In this document: positions 1 through 12,409 of the stretch, in pieces
Position numbering within the stretch: position 1 is the first letter of the stretch
How the letters are laid out: each line of letters opens with the position of its first letter
DNA from: the human T2T-CHM13v2.0 reference genome, Homo sapiens
Strand: one strand, 5' to 3'
Length of the DNA stretch: 64,000 nt
NCBI RefSeq assembly: GCF_009914755.1
Contig: NC_060927.1
Program-made: the position numbers and the translations under genes
Notes under the pieces: generated by a model
Databases searched by the model: none
The model's input: the letters and a program-made list of their open reading frames with translations, nothing else
What the model was told of the DNA's origin: nothing

Positions 1-529
1 CAATTTGAAGGGGTGTTCTATACTTTGGCAGAGGAAACCCATTCCCTCTCAAGGTAAGGGCTAAAGCATTCAATTATTTTTTCTTGTATATTTAGTTTGA
101 CTTGACAATTCATTAAGATATTCCACATCTGTATTACTCAATGTGAATATTCTATTTTTAGACATTGGGAAAACTGAATAGAGGTGGTGCAACTCACCTA
201 GAAGCAATATTTGTGAAACCCCAAATGCCCTTGGCATAGATAATTATTTTGCCCTAAAATAATGATTATGAGTATGGTTCTATGGGGAAAAACTGGGAAC
301 TCCCAATTTTCTTCCCACTTTCTGTTGTATCCTCAATAGCACCTGGACTGGGATTTCCAAAGGTGAGTTCTAGGATTAAGAGGTGATGGTTGTCCCAGGA
401 TTAAGGGCTTTGTTTGAGAACCATAATGATCCCATCCATTTAAATAGCTTGAACCTTTCTGGTCCTTTGCCAGCTATTGTCTTTTTCTTATAAGAAGAAG
501 GGAATAAACTTTTAATGTGCACATGCTAG

Positions 530-750
530 CCTCTGAAATCTGAGGCCTGCCTTTCCTCCTTACTAGATGCGTGTATGACTTTAAACACAGCACTTAGACA
601 TCTCGATCTTCAATTTCTTCATGTGGAAAAGATGAATTATATTAACCTCTATGTCATGAGGTTTTCTAGGGATTAATGAGATAATGTCTGCAAACTCTTT
701 ATCACAATGCTTGGTATATAGTAAGAGCTTCACAGGTGTGAACTTTTGCA
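530..750 (+). mobile_element. MIR SINE remnant
   Basis: MIR core-like: ...caatttcttcatgtggaaaagatgaa...gaggttttctagggattaatgagataatgtctgcaaa...gcttggtatatagtaagagctt. Confidence 0.7.
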
Positions 751-774
751 ATTATTATCTATTAAACACTCTGT

Positions 775-915
775 TGGATAAATTACTTTTTAATCTTCTT
801 TAATCTCTATAACCATTTGCTGAGGTAAGGATTTTTATCCCTCTTTCATACATGAGAAAATAGAGGTTTAGAGAAGAGATAAACTAATTTGCCTGAGATT
901 GCTACATTTGAAGGC
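775..915 (-). mobile_element. MIR SINE remnant (opposite orientation to the adjacent copy)
   Basis: tttaatctctataaccatttgctgaggtaagg...tttcatacatgagaaaatagaggtttagagaag...ttgcctgag, the reverse MIR core. Confidence 0.65.
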
Positions 916-2174
916 ATGATCCAGAAGCGTAAGAGACTTAAGAGCACAGACTGAACTCTGTGCTGTGTTGGAGAAGGTTATAGGGACTTTCTCTACCTCT
1001 ATGTCTACGTCTATAAAAATGAGGAGAATAATTATACCTATGCCTAATATTTTTAAGAAGTTAAATAAGTTAATATTTATGAACATTTAAAATCGTGCCT
1101 GGGATGCACTAAGTGCTACATGTAATTTCTTATATAAAATATTATGTTTACTTCTATCTCTGACTTTAAAGAGTAAAATTGCCTAGGTTCTTGCTAAAGA
1201 TTTCCTTCAGTTGTAGGTAAGAATTGCAGGTGTTTCAGAGACAAAGAATCCCTCTGTCATTCTGTTATAGCTCAAATCTGGTTAAAGCCACTTTGGGCAC
1301 TCTCATTTTTATAATGATGCAAGTGAACAATAGTAACTCTATTTTTTGGTTCTCAAGCAGTGACAGCCTTTTGTAGACCATTGTAAGCCTAGGATCATAC
1401 CTCTTTTGTATTTCTTCTGCAAAATGCCAGCCTTCCCCTGTGGCTGGGATTCTTACTCCATATGACTGACATCTAACACATGTTCTGCTGCCAAATGCTC
1501 GCTTTTCCTTTGGCTGAGTATCTGGGTTTGGCACCAGTTTTCATTTCACTTGAGAGATGTGGTGTCAATCAAGGCTGCATTGCTGGGTGAGATAAGTGGG
1601 CAGAGAACACATTTTAGAAGTCAGTTCATAAAGCTTTGGGATTATCACTGGGTTGGGAGATTTAGCAGAGAGATCTCAGGCTTTCCTTTGCTCTATGCTA
1701 TACCACTAGAATGTATTGCAGGGAGGTTTTTTTGTTTTGTTTGTTTTGTCTTTTTTTTTTTTTTTTTTTGCCTAATAAATGTAGCCTTTTTGAAGGTCAA
1801 ATTCTTGTATGTATATTCAGCCAGACTTGTCATAGGAAGGGGACCAAAATGATTTATATAATTTCTATACTACACTTACTTTGAGAAAATTTTTTTGTAG
1901 ATTAAGATAATTCTAATACTTGACGCTTGTGTTTCTAGCATTCTTTTAATGGAAGGATATGGAAAAAACAAGATTAATAGTCAAATAATTACAAGGAGAT
2001 TGAATGTTAAGCCCGTGAACATTTCAACCAATGATTTTTAAAACATTTAAAAGGCAGCCCTCAGACTTTCTACATGTTTGAATGAACTCATCAGTATTTG
2101 ATTAGGTCAGACTTCAGATATTTTTGAATGAACTTATCAAAATTCTGCCTTAAGAGACATATTTCCATACCACG

Positions 2175-2498
2175 GAGGGGCTGACAAACTATATCTTGAT
2201 GGCCAAAACTGGACTGATGCCTTTTTTTTTGTAAATAAAGTTTTATTGAAACATAGCAACACATTTATTTAGAAATTGTCTATGGTTGCTTTCACATTGC
2301 AAGGGCAGAGTTGAGTTATCAAAGAGATAATATGGCTTGCTAAGACAAAAAAAGTTGCTATCTGGCCCTTTATATGTACTCAATTAAGCCCTAAGCAATA
2401 TGTAAACGAATGAGCATGGCACTGTTCCAATAGAACTTTATTTACAAAAATTGGAAGTTTGCCAGATATGGCATGTGGCTACAGATTGTGGACCCCTG
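2175..2498. mobile_element. MER58A (hAT-Charlie) composite: minus-strand copy about 2175-2373 joined to a plus-strand 3' half about 2378-2498
   Basis: tttgtaaataaagttttattgaaaca...ctatctggcccttta followed by ...gtaaacgaatgagcatggc...tgttccaatagaactttatttacaaaaa...gacccctg. Confidence 0.75.
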
Positions 2499-2700
2499 GT
2501 AGAGTGGAAATAGAAGGCATTTCAGAATCAGACACCAGTTATGTGACTTGAGAAACAATACTTAATCTCTCTGTACCTCAGTTTGCACATGTGTAAAGCA
2601 GGGATGTCAATGCCTATCTCATATGATTTTTGTGAGAATCAAATAAGAAAACGTATGATCAGGAACTAGCACATGTGAGATACTCTAAATGTATGTTAGT
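2499..2700 (+). mobile_element. MIR SINE
   Basis: tgtgacttgag...cttaatctctctgtacctcagtttgcacatgtgtaaagcagggat...ttgtgagaatcaaataaga. Confidence 0.7.
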
Positions 2701-3811
2701 GCCTTTTTATTTAACACTTCATGCCACAGGCTATCTGCAACTTAGAATTACATAAAACGTAGGACAGTATCAGCTTCTCCAAACACCAAGGGAGGTTTGT
2801 CTCAGAAAAATGGGGATAAATAGAAGATTTATTTTTTTAAGCATGGTTTGTTTTATTTAAGAACTTTTGTTTGACTTATATGAGCATATATTGGAAAAGG
2901 AAGAGAAGAATTATGTTTAAAAGCCATATTATTTTGACATCACAGACTTCTCCAATTCTAATTTAATCCTAAATTTTGAAAAATATACCAAGTGTTTTGG
3001 AAAAATACCACGCTCTTAAAATACTCAAGAATTTAACGTAGCTTTACATTGTCTTTCCTGATTCTCAATGTTTGAAATACCTCTGCTACATCACTGAGCC
3101 AGCTATTCCCTACAATCACTTTAAAGAAGCAAGCATCCAAGCCCAAAAGCTGAAAAAGCACCGTATGCATGTTTTAAAACAGTGAAAAATGAAAGTGTCA
3201 TAAGCAAAGTGATGTCTTTGGGCCATGGCAGGAATGCTGATGCTGAGAATCATCTATCACAAAACTCTGAATGTGGGATTGTGGAATATTTTGGTTAGAT
3301 GAGGCTTAAAAATAATAATAATAAAAGAAGAATAAACATCCCTTGCTTTTATTAATAATCTACGTATTTTTTCCTCTAAGTCTAGTACAATCTACTTTCT
3401 TTACTTCCATAAAATCAAAAGCATCTGATGTAAAAATAAAAATTACATTGGAGCATCACCAGACAGATGGGAACTTCTGAGACATACTTGTGCTTCAGGG
3501 TTAGCTAAAACCTTTGCTCAGTTGTGCAAATTGCATAAGAAACCTAACTCTACTGGTCCTCCATTTTCTTCAGGTTTAGTGGGAATAAAATGCTCACCAA
3601 CAATGTTATTATAGATATTAATTATATTGTGAATATAAATGGCTACATGGTGGTGTACTTGATCCTCCATAAGTCTAATTCCTTCCTCTATATTATTTTA
3701 CACTAAAGGGTATAGAGCATAATCGTAAAGCTGGGATTTGGGAACAAACAAAGTATACAACGGTGTGATGGGGGCAACTGAAGCTTTAGGTCAGACAGTA
3801 AGCATCTTCTT

Positions 3812-5025
3812 TTTTTTTTTCTATCCTGCATTTTATTATTACTATTATTATACTTTAAGTTCTAGGGTACATGTGCACAACGTGCAGGTTTGTTACATAG
3901 GTATACATGTCCCATGTTGGTTTGCTGCAGCCATCAACTCGTCATTTACGTTAGGTACTTCTCCTAATGCTATCCCTCCCCCAGCCCCCACCCTCCAACA
4001 GGCCCCAGTGTATGATATTCCTTGCCCTGTGTCCAGGTTTTCTCATTGTTCAATTTCCACCTGTGAGTGAGAACATGTGATGTTTGGTTTTCTGTCTTTG
4101 TGATAGTTTGCTGAGAATGATGGTTTCCAGCTTCATCTATGTCCCTGCAAAGGACATGAACTCATCCTTTTTTATGACTGCATAGTATTCCATGGTTTAT
4201 ATGTGCCACATATTCTTAATGCAGTCTATCATTGATGGACATTTGGGTTGGTTCCAATTCTTTGCTATTGTGAATAGTGCCGCAATAAACATATGTTTGC
4301 ATGTGTCTTTATCATAGAATGATTTATAATTCTTTGGGTATCTACCCAGTAATGGGATTGCTGGGTCAAATGGTATTTCTAGTCTAGATACTTGAGGAAC
4401 TGCCCCACTGTCTTCCCCAATGGTTGAACTAATTTACGCTCCCACCAACAGTGCAAAAGTGTTCTGATTTCTCTACATCCTCTCTGGCATCTGTTGTTTC
4501 CTGACTTTTTAATGATTGCCATTCTAACTGGCGTGAGATGGTATCTCATTGTGGTTTTGATTTGCATTTCTCTGATGAACAGTGATGATGAGCATTTTTT
4601 CATGTGTCTGTTGGCTGCATAAGTGTCTTCTTTTGAGAAGTGTCTGTTCATATCCTTTGCCCACTTTTTGATGGGGTTGTTTGTTTTTTTCTTGTACATT
4701 TGTTTAAGTTCTTTGTAGATTCTGGATATTAACCCTTTGTCAGATGGGTAGATTGCAGAAATTTTCTCCCATTCTGTAGGTTGCCTGTTCACTTTGATGT
4801 TTCTTTTGCTGTGCAGAAGCTCTTTAGTTTGATTAGATCCCATTTGTCCATTTTGGCTTTCGTTGCCATTGCTTTTGGTGTTTTAGTCATGAAGTCCTTG
4901 CCCATGCCTATGTCCTGAATGGTATTGCCTAGGTTTTCTCCTAGGGTTTTTATGGTTTTAGGTGTAACATTTAAGTCTTTAATCCATCTTGAATTAATTT
5001 TTGTATAAGGTGTAAGCAAGGGATC
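3812..5025 (-). mobile_element. 5'-truncated L1PA (about L1PA5-7) with degenerate ORF2 C-terminus and 3' UTR
   Basis: ORFs 4379-4843 and 4789-5019 match L1 ORF2p ([29 protein letters not shown]); poly(T) at 3811-3820; TSD CAGTAAG(C/T)ATCTTCTT at 3796-3811 and 5026-5041. Confidence 0.95.
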
Positions 5026-6083
5026 CAGTAAGTATCTTCTTATTCATTTTGCTCAAAGTTTTAGTTAGAAAGTTGAGTAGCACAATTTAGAAACAATTCA
5101 AAACACTTTCATATGGAAACAAATAAAATCTTCCTTTGGAAATTCATGTGAAATAAATGGAAGCTTGAAAGATAATGTTTAAATACCAAGTAAATTTAAT
5201 GGATTATTTAAAAGTGGTAAACAGACACCTGTGTTGATAAAGTCCTTTGTGGAATTGGTATGAAAGACCCTGAGAGAAAGAATGTGACATTTAGAGATTC
5301 AAGATAAAAATTTGACCCCTGGTTCTACTGGCTTCTTATTTTGAACCATTGAATAAATTTCTTAATCTCTTTGTCTCTCAGTTTCTGCATCTGTAAAATG
5401 CGAATCATGCACATCTGATGATAGCTTGTGATAATTAGGATTACATAAAAATGTAACCAGAGAGAATTTCTGAGAGTTTGTGAACAGTAAAGTAGTCTAA
5501 AGATGTAAGTTTTGTTGCTATGGTGTGTCGAAGCCTCCATTGTGCCAAAAAAGCGGACTAAGATGTCAAGCTCAAGGGAAGCCTTTCTTCGAGTCTGATC
5601 TCTGCTTGAAGTCATATGTTTTAGCCTTACTTTAAACACCTAAAGTGTTTTTTAGCTGAGTAGGGATCAAATTAAACCTCTTCTGATTTCTGTATCTGTA
5701 AATTGAAGAAAATAGGAATTACCTAAATGATTGTTCTGAGAATAAAAAGGAGAAAATGCATATAAAATTATCCTACAGGGGCTTACATATTGGACTCTCA
5801 AAACTGTAAATCCTTCCTTTTTCTCCCTGTCTATCCTTAACTTATCTCTTGCAAGTTTCTTTTAACTTGAAAAAAATTCTGAAGCCTAAATTCTGATTTT
5901 GGCTGTAGCCCTGGAAACTTGTTTCTGAGTGGCATGGCTTTAAAAACATCTTCTTGTTTAAGATTGTATATTCACCAATTACTTTGGAGAATTTTCTCAG
6001 ATTAGCTTTTTCATGAAGATGTAGAATAAGGGGATTATAGGAAGACCACTGAACAATTCAACACAAACCCTTTATATTGTTAA

Positions 6084-6563
<480 letters not shown>

Positions 6564-6912
6564 TAACTTATATTACATTAGGACTGGAGTTTAAATTTGT
6601 AAACAACATCTGCTAACTTTTTGCAAGTCCAGCTAGATTATAAACTTCTTAGATTTTTGTATCAAGCACACATGTCAGTTAAAGAGGTTTGGCAATAGTG
6701 CCAACTATGCATATTTATAGAAATTTTTTTTTTTTTTCAGTTCTGGCTAAAATTTATTGCTTTTTACTAGATGCTAGGTCCTCTAGTAAGTACATTTCTT
6801 GTATTTTGTTATTTGGTTCCTCACAATAACCACAGAATAGATAAGATTTTGTAACATTTTCTTTACAGTTTTACCAAAGAAAAGTAAGGTTCAGAAAAGC
6901 TATGTTAAGGAC

Positions 6913-6932
6913 AAAAAAAAAAAAAAAAAAAA
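6913..6932 (+). repeat. poly(A) tract
   Basis: About 20 consecutive A. Confidence 0.9.
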
Positions 6933-7459
6933 AGGAAGAAAGAAAACACTTGCATACAGTTGTGCAGTCACTCAGAAAGTAAATTATGTATCAGTTAAAG
7001 TGGGTGACCAAAATTTATAGCTGTTGTCTGATCCTACTTTTGGCTAAAGTCTTCAATAGCCTACATTATACTTCCTCTTCCCGCCTCAAAAAATTATTTA
7101 ATTTGAAATATGGAAAACCAGATCAATCCAACCCATTCTTCATAAATGCATGGTAGTCTAAGCAAGACACCAATCTGAGCTCCAAGATTTTATGAATAAT
7201 CATATCTACTCAGTCTGTGTTACAGCAAAGGGTGGGAGCTATGCTCTACATTTCTCCTAGTATTTACATTGAATTCCGGTAAAGACTGAGTTGACCACAC
7301 TACTCCAGGTACTAAAATGTGCAAGGAACTCTGTGTTGATCTCAGGGTCCCTGTCTTCCTGCACAAAGTCTCTCAATGCTGGCTTCTTAAAGAGACAGGG
7401 GGAGAAAAGATGTTAAAGTGTTGCTCTATACACTCACCAATTATTACCTTTCTATGTCA

Positions 7460-9332
7460 GGTTTAGTAAAGCATATTAACAAGAGCAAAATTCATACCTT
7501 TTGATGTACAGATCAATGAGTTTTAACAAACATATGCAAGCTATACAATTGTTTTGCAACACCACTATCAGAATTTAGAATGTAGAATATTCCCACTGGC
7601 TCCTAAAGTTTCCTTCACTTCTGTAATCAGTCCCCATATTCAATCCCAACCCAGGAAACTACCAATCTGATATCTGACCCTAGAATTTTGCTTTTGAAAA
7701 TGCCATATAAATAGAGTCATAAAGTGTGCAGTCTTTTGTGTCTTTCCTTTTTCATTTAGCAAAATCCTTTTGAGATCAATTTGCTGCATGTTTTCTGTAG
7801 TTCTTTGCTTTTATTGCACAGTTTTATTCCATTGCATAGGTGTAAAGCTATTCATATTTACCCATTCATTAATTGATAGGTGTTTGAGTTTTACTTTTTA
7901 GTGATAATGAAAAAAGCTGCTATAAACTTTTATGTACAGGCATTTGTGAAGCCATACGATAATACATAGGAGTGGGAGTGCTGGGTAATAAGGTAAATGT
8001 GTCTTTAACTTTAAAAGAAATTGTTGGTTTCCTAAAGTGACTATATCATTTTGCCTTCCCACAAGCAATGAATAAAAACTACTTTGTCCACATCCTCATT
8101 AGCACTTATTATTGTCAGTTTTTCGTTTTCGTTGTTTTGTAGCCATTTTAATAGGTATATGGTGGTAATTCATCGTAGTTTAGATTTGCATTCTCATAAT
8201 AATGTGGAACATCTTATGTGATTATTTGCTTTTACATCTCTTCTTTGCTAAAATGTCCATTTTTTATTCATTTATTTTTGTTGCTGTTGTTATTATTTGT
8301 TGTGAGAGTTGGCTTTTTATTAGATATGTTTGCTAAAAATGTTTTCTCACAGTTCATAACTTTTCTTTTCCCTTATGGTGTGTTTCAAAATGCAAACATT
8401 TTTTATTCTTAATTTTGATAGTGTACCATATGTTGAGATTGTATTGAATTTATAAATCAATTTGGGGGAGAATTGATATACCAATAACATTTGTTGCTCA
8501 GATTGATAAGCCTGGTATATCTCACAATTTATTTGGGTTTCCTTTGGTTTCTCTCTCAACATTTTGCAATTTTCAGTATATAAATTTAACACATATTTAT
8601 TTTGTTTATCCTTGAACATTATTTTTTGTGGTATTCTAAATGATTCTGGTTTTAAGTTTCAATTTCTAATTGTTCATTTATAATATACAATGATACAATC
8701 AATTTTTATATATTAAACCTGTATCCTGCTAAACTTACTTAATTTTAATAGCTGTTGTTTTTGAGATTCTTTGAGATTTTCTTCCTAAATAATTATGTTG
8801 TCAGCAAATAGAGACAGTTTTTATTCTTCCTTTCCATTTAAAGACTTTTGTATCTTTGTCTTGCCTTATTGCACTGGCTAGGATCTCAGTATGAGATAGG
8901 ATTAGACAGAAAAGAGTGGACATATTTGACTTGTTATCATGGAAATAATTCAGTCTTTCATCATTAAGTATAAAGTTAGCTGTGGATTTTATGTAATGCC
9001 TTTTATTAGATTAAGTTCCTTTCTGATTCTCCTTTACTGAGGGTTTTCATCATGAATGGATATAGAGTTTTGTTGAATAATTTGAGATAATCAAATGGTT
9101 ATTCTATTATATTCTGTTCATAGGGTGAATTATACTTGTTAATTTTCCAATATTGTGTCTCACTTGGTCGTGGTGTGTTTTTTTTATATATTGCAAAATC
9201 TGATTTGCTAATCTTTTATTAAATATTTGTATGTGTCTTTAATGAGTATTGGTCTATAATTTTCTTTCCTTGTGTTATCTTGGCCTGTTTTTAGTGTTAG
9301 AGTAATGATGGCCTTATAAAATGAGTTGAAGG
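7460..9332 (-). mobile_element. Old L1 (L1ME-like) 3' UTR plus fragmented ORF2
   Basis: L1ME-type 3' end (atgagttttaacaaa...aggaaactaccaatctg...ccatataaatagagtcata); ORF 8347-8619 resembles ORF2p (LYTENCKML...PKLIYKFNTI). Confidence 0.85.
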
Positions 9333-9989
9333 TGCTTTATACTTTAAAGCAATACTAGAAAAGTTAAGATGGAACTTAACAAACCTGCTTGATTTTCCTT
9401 TCTTCATTTAGTTTGTTCATTCATTTGGTTGGTTTTTGTTGTTACTACCTTTCTGTCACTATCTAGATTATAAACCAGGAGAGGAAGCAGAAGGTAAGAA
9501 CAAGAAGGTCTTTGTAAGATAATCAATAATTGGCATGACAAACATCTCTGAGCAACTAGTATGTTTGTAACAGTATCAGAAGAAAAGCTAAAAAGAGAAC
9601 TGAATGATTTTTGATATTAAAGAAGTGAAGATGCATAGATTTTAATGAATCTATATTTTTGCTTTAGCAGTACACTGATGTAGGACTTCAAAGGTTTTAT
9701 TGAGACCACTAACAATAAAGATTACATTAGTGAAAAGTAGACATAACTCATTGAATAGGATGTGAGGATGTATTAATAGTAAAATAGTGTCTCTCTGTTT
9801 CTAATTTGCGTCATTCTTTGTTATAACAATTCAGGAAGGTTCAGTCTTGGAAAAGTTTCAGTCTTGTCTATTACCTAATATCAGGAAATCCTTTGAAATA
9901 TTGTGACAATATTGCTTTCAAATTAAAAAAAAATAATATGGTCCTCAGGAATTGAATTGTTTTTCGAAGACTTCTAAGTTGGCTGCATT

Positions 9990-10235
9990 TAATCAATTTA
10001 TTTATTTATTATCATTTATCCATTTAGAATGACTCAATAAACATTAATTGAACGAATAGTATGTTCCTATAATTGTATAAGTTTTGTCCTCAAGGAATTT
10101 ATTTCCTAGAGGGCAGATAAAGAAAAAACAAAACAAAACAAAAAACATATTTGTAATAGAGGTAGGCGTAAGGTGATATGAAAGGACGTTAAAAGGGGAC
10201 CTAATTTTGCTTGAGACAAGCTATCAAAAAGGAGG
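9990..10235 (-). mobile_element. L2 3' end fragment (interrupted by MLT1)
   Basis: L2 tail-like ttcaataaacattaattgaacg...tcctcaaggaattt; resumes at about 10733 (gagctgagtctgaaaa). Confidence 0.55.
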
Positions 10236-10237
10236 TA

Positions 10238-10732
10238 TGATAGATCAATTGCAAAAAAAAGATGCCTAATTTTCTACCCTTCTTATATGCACATACTTTG
10301 CAATGTACTTTGCAGCTGCTCCTATTAAAAAGTAAAGTCTTATGTTGTTACCTTTCTAATCTGGCTAGCCTTATAGCTTGTTTTGGCTAATAAGGAGTTA
10401 CAGAAATGATCATATGCCAGTTGCAAGAGTAGGCTTCAAAGGGCCTTGCATGCTTCCACTTTCTTTTTGTTGGAATTTTGATTCTGACATATGAACGAGC
10501 CAGAGGTAGCTTGCTGAAGGGTGAGAGGCATACATCTAGTCACTTCTGTTGTCATAGCCCAGAGCTAGCCAGCCTGCACAAAAAAACTTTAGATGCTCAA
10601 GAAAGCTCAGCTGAGAAAAGATGAACCATCTAGATGAGCCCAGCCTATAGTAACAACCCATAGACTAATGGGCTGTTGTTAAACACACCGAATTTTCAGG
10701 AAGTATACTATATAGCAATAGTTAACTGATAA
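10238..10732 (+). mobile_element. MaLR solo LTR (MLT1H-like)
   Basis: tttgcaatgtactttgcagctgctcct...tgccagttgcaagagtaggcttcaaagggccttgcatgcttccact...gcaatagttaactgata. Confidence 0.8.
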
Positions 10733-11204
10733 GAGAAGCTTATACATGAGCTGAGTCTGAAAAATATATAGGACTTCATATTTTCTTGTACAATGTGTTA
10801 TAAATATGTTAGACTTCCAAACTAGCCATGAGACACTAACCTACAGGGTACTTGAGAAATGAAACTACTTCTGCTTTTCATATTAATTCTATGAAAAAAT
10901 CCTCAGGGTTTCAAACTCAGATGCCAAAATCCATTTTTCCAATGATGTAGGCCAAGTAGCAGAATGAAAGTATGTCATAGCCCTGCCCCCTTCTTTTGGG
11001 AACTTCAGCGTTCCTGAGCATTGAGGAGAAAATACTTGGAGATAGGAGATAAAATAAGGATAAAATAAATGGGAGAAAGTAACTTGGCATTACAAAAGGC
11101 AATGGGGACGGTCTCCAGGCACCCCCAAAGGAGAGGAAAGAGTGGGGAGAACTTCTGCAGTCATTGGAAGAAAGTATATCTCTGGGAACTATGGCCATTT
11201 ATAT

Positions 11205-12155
11205 ATAAGGGTAATTTAGAAGTTGGTGCCAGGTGCTGATAAGTGAATGAAAATAAATAAAACAAGGTCGGTGGTTTACAGTGTTGTGAAATGATGTTCT
11301 GTTATATGAGGTGGTTGGTGAAGTCCCCTCTGATAAGGTGTTATTTGAGCAGAGATTTACGAAAAGGAAGGAGCAAGCATTTCAATATCTAGGGGAGAGC
11401 ATTTTAGGCGGAGGTATCCTGAAGTGAAGGCTCTGAGGCAGTAGCATGCTTGGCTTATTTGAGGAGCATAAAAGACAACTGGGCTGGAGCTGAAGGAGAG
11501 AGGAGGAAGTGGCAGTAGATAAGATCAGAGAGACATGAGGGGCCAGATCATGCAAGGCCTTGTAGGCCTTAGTACGGACTGAAATTATACTCTGAATGAG
11601 ACTGGAAGTCTTTGAAGACTTTCAAGCAAAGGAATACATGAACTCACTTACATTTTAAAAGGATCAATCTTCCTGCTGTGAAAAGATAGACTAGCAGACA
11701 ATGATAGAAACAGGGAGATAAGTTAGGAGACTATTACAGTAGTCCAGGCTAGATAAGTTAGGAGGCTATTACACTAGTCCAGGCTAGATGTGACAGTGAT
11801 GCAGGCCCGGGAAGAAGTGATGAGAAAGGCTTAGTCTCTGTATTTATTTAAAAAGCAGAACCAACAAGATCCACAGATAATTTGACATGGAGTGGGAGAG
11901 ATGGAGATGTAAAAGATGACTCTAAGGTTTAGGGACCCATAAAGTAGAAAAGAGGAGTTACTAATTACTGAAATGGAACTGACTGAGGGAGGGGCAGGTT
12001 TCTGGAGAGGACTTCACGTGTTTAGTTTTGAATATGTTCGGACTGAGATGTCAGTTAGATCTCCAGGGCTGTTGGATATCTAAGTATGGGAAGAAAGGGA
12101 CAAATTGGATGGGGTTTATAAATTTGGGAGTCAACAGCGTATAGATTGTATTCAG
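11205..12155 (-). mobile_element. L2 LINE fragment
   Basis: gggccagatcatgcaaggccttgtaggcc...cattttaaaaggatca...ttaggaggctatt...gtccaggc...gatgactctaaggttt...ataaatttgggagtca. Confidence 0.85.
11716..11789 (+). repeat. 35-bp tandem duplication within L2
   Basis: AGATAAGTTAGGAG(A/G)CTATTACA(G/C)TAGTCCAGGCT twice (11716-11750, 11751-11785), then AGAT. Confidence 0.95.
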
Positions 12156-12409
12156 GAAGAGGGAAACAATTAACACAAATCTCAGTCAGAGCCTAAATAG
12201 TCCTTCGTTCATTCCTTGTGCTCTGAGATTCAGGTTATGGATGAAAATTCCCGGTGATTTCCTTCTCTGAAGGAAATCTTTCTCAGAAAGAGGTGAGGGT
12301 GACTTAAACCAGAATGATAGCCTTTGTTTCTCTTCATGAGCTTAGTTTCCTGTGTGGATTAGCAAAGTCATTCCATGACTTTGGGCTTGCTTTCAGCCTG
12401 CAGTACAGA

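Noticed and set aside
4379-5019. ORFs of 154 and 76 aa with clear protein similarity
   Set aside because: Frameshifted L1 ORF2p fragments in a 5'-truncated copy, not a gene. The same applies to 16282-17230, 28141-29114 and 49305-49526.
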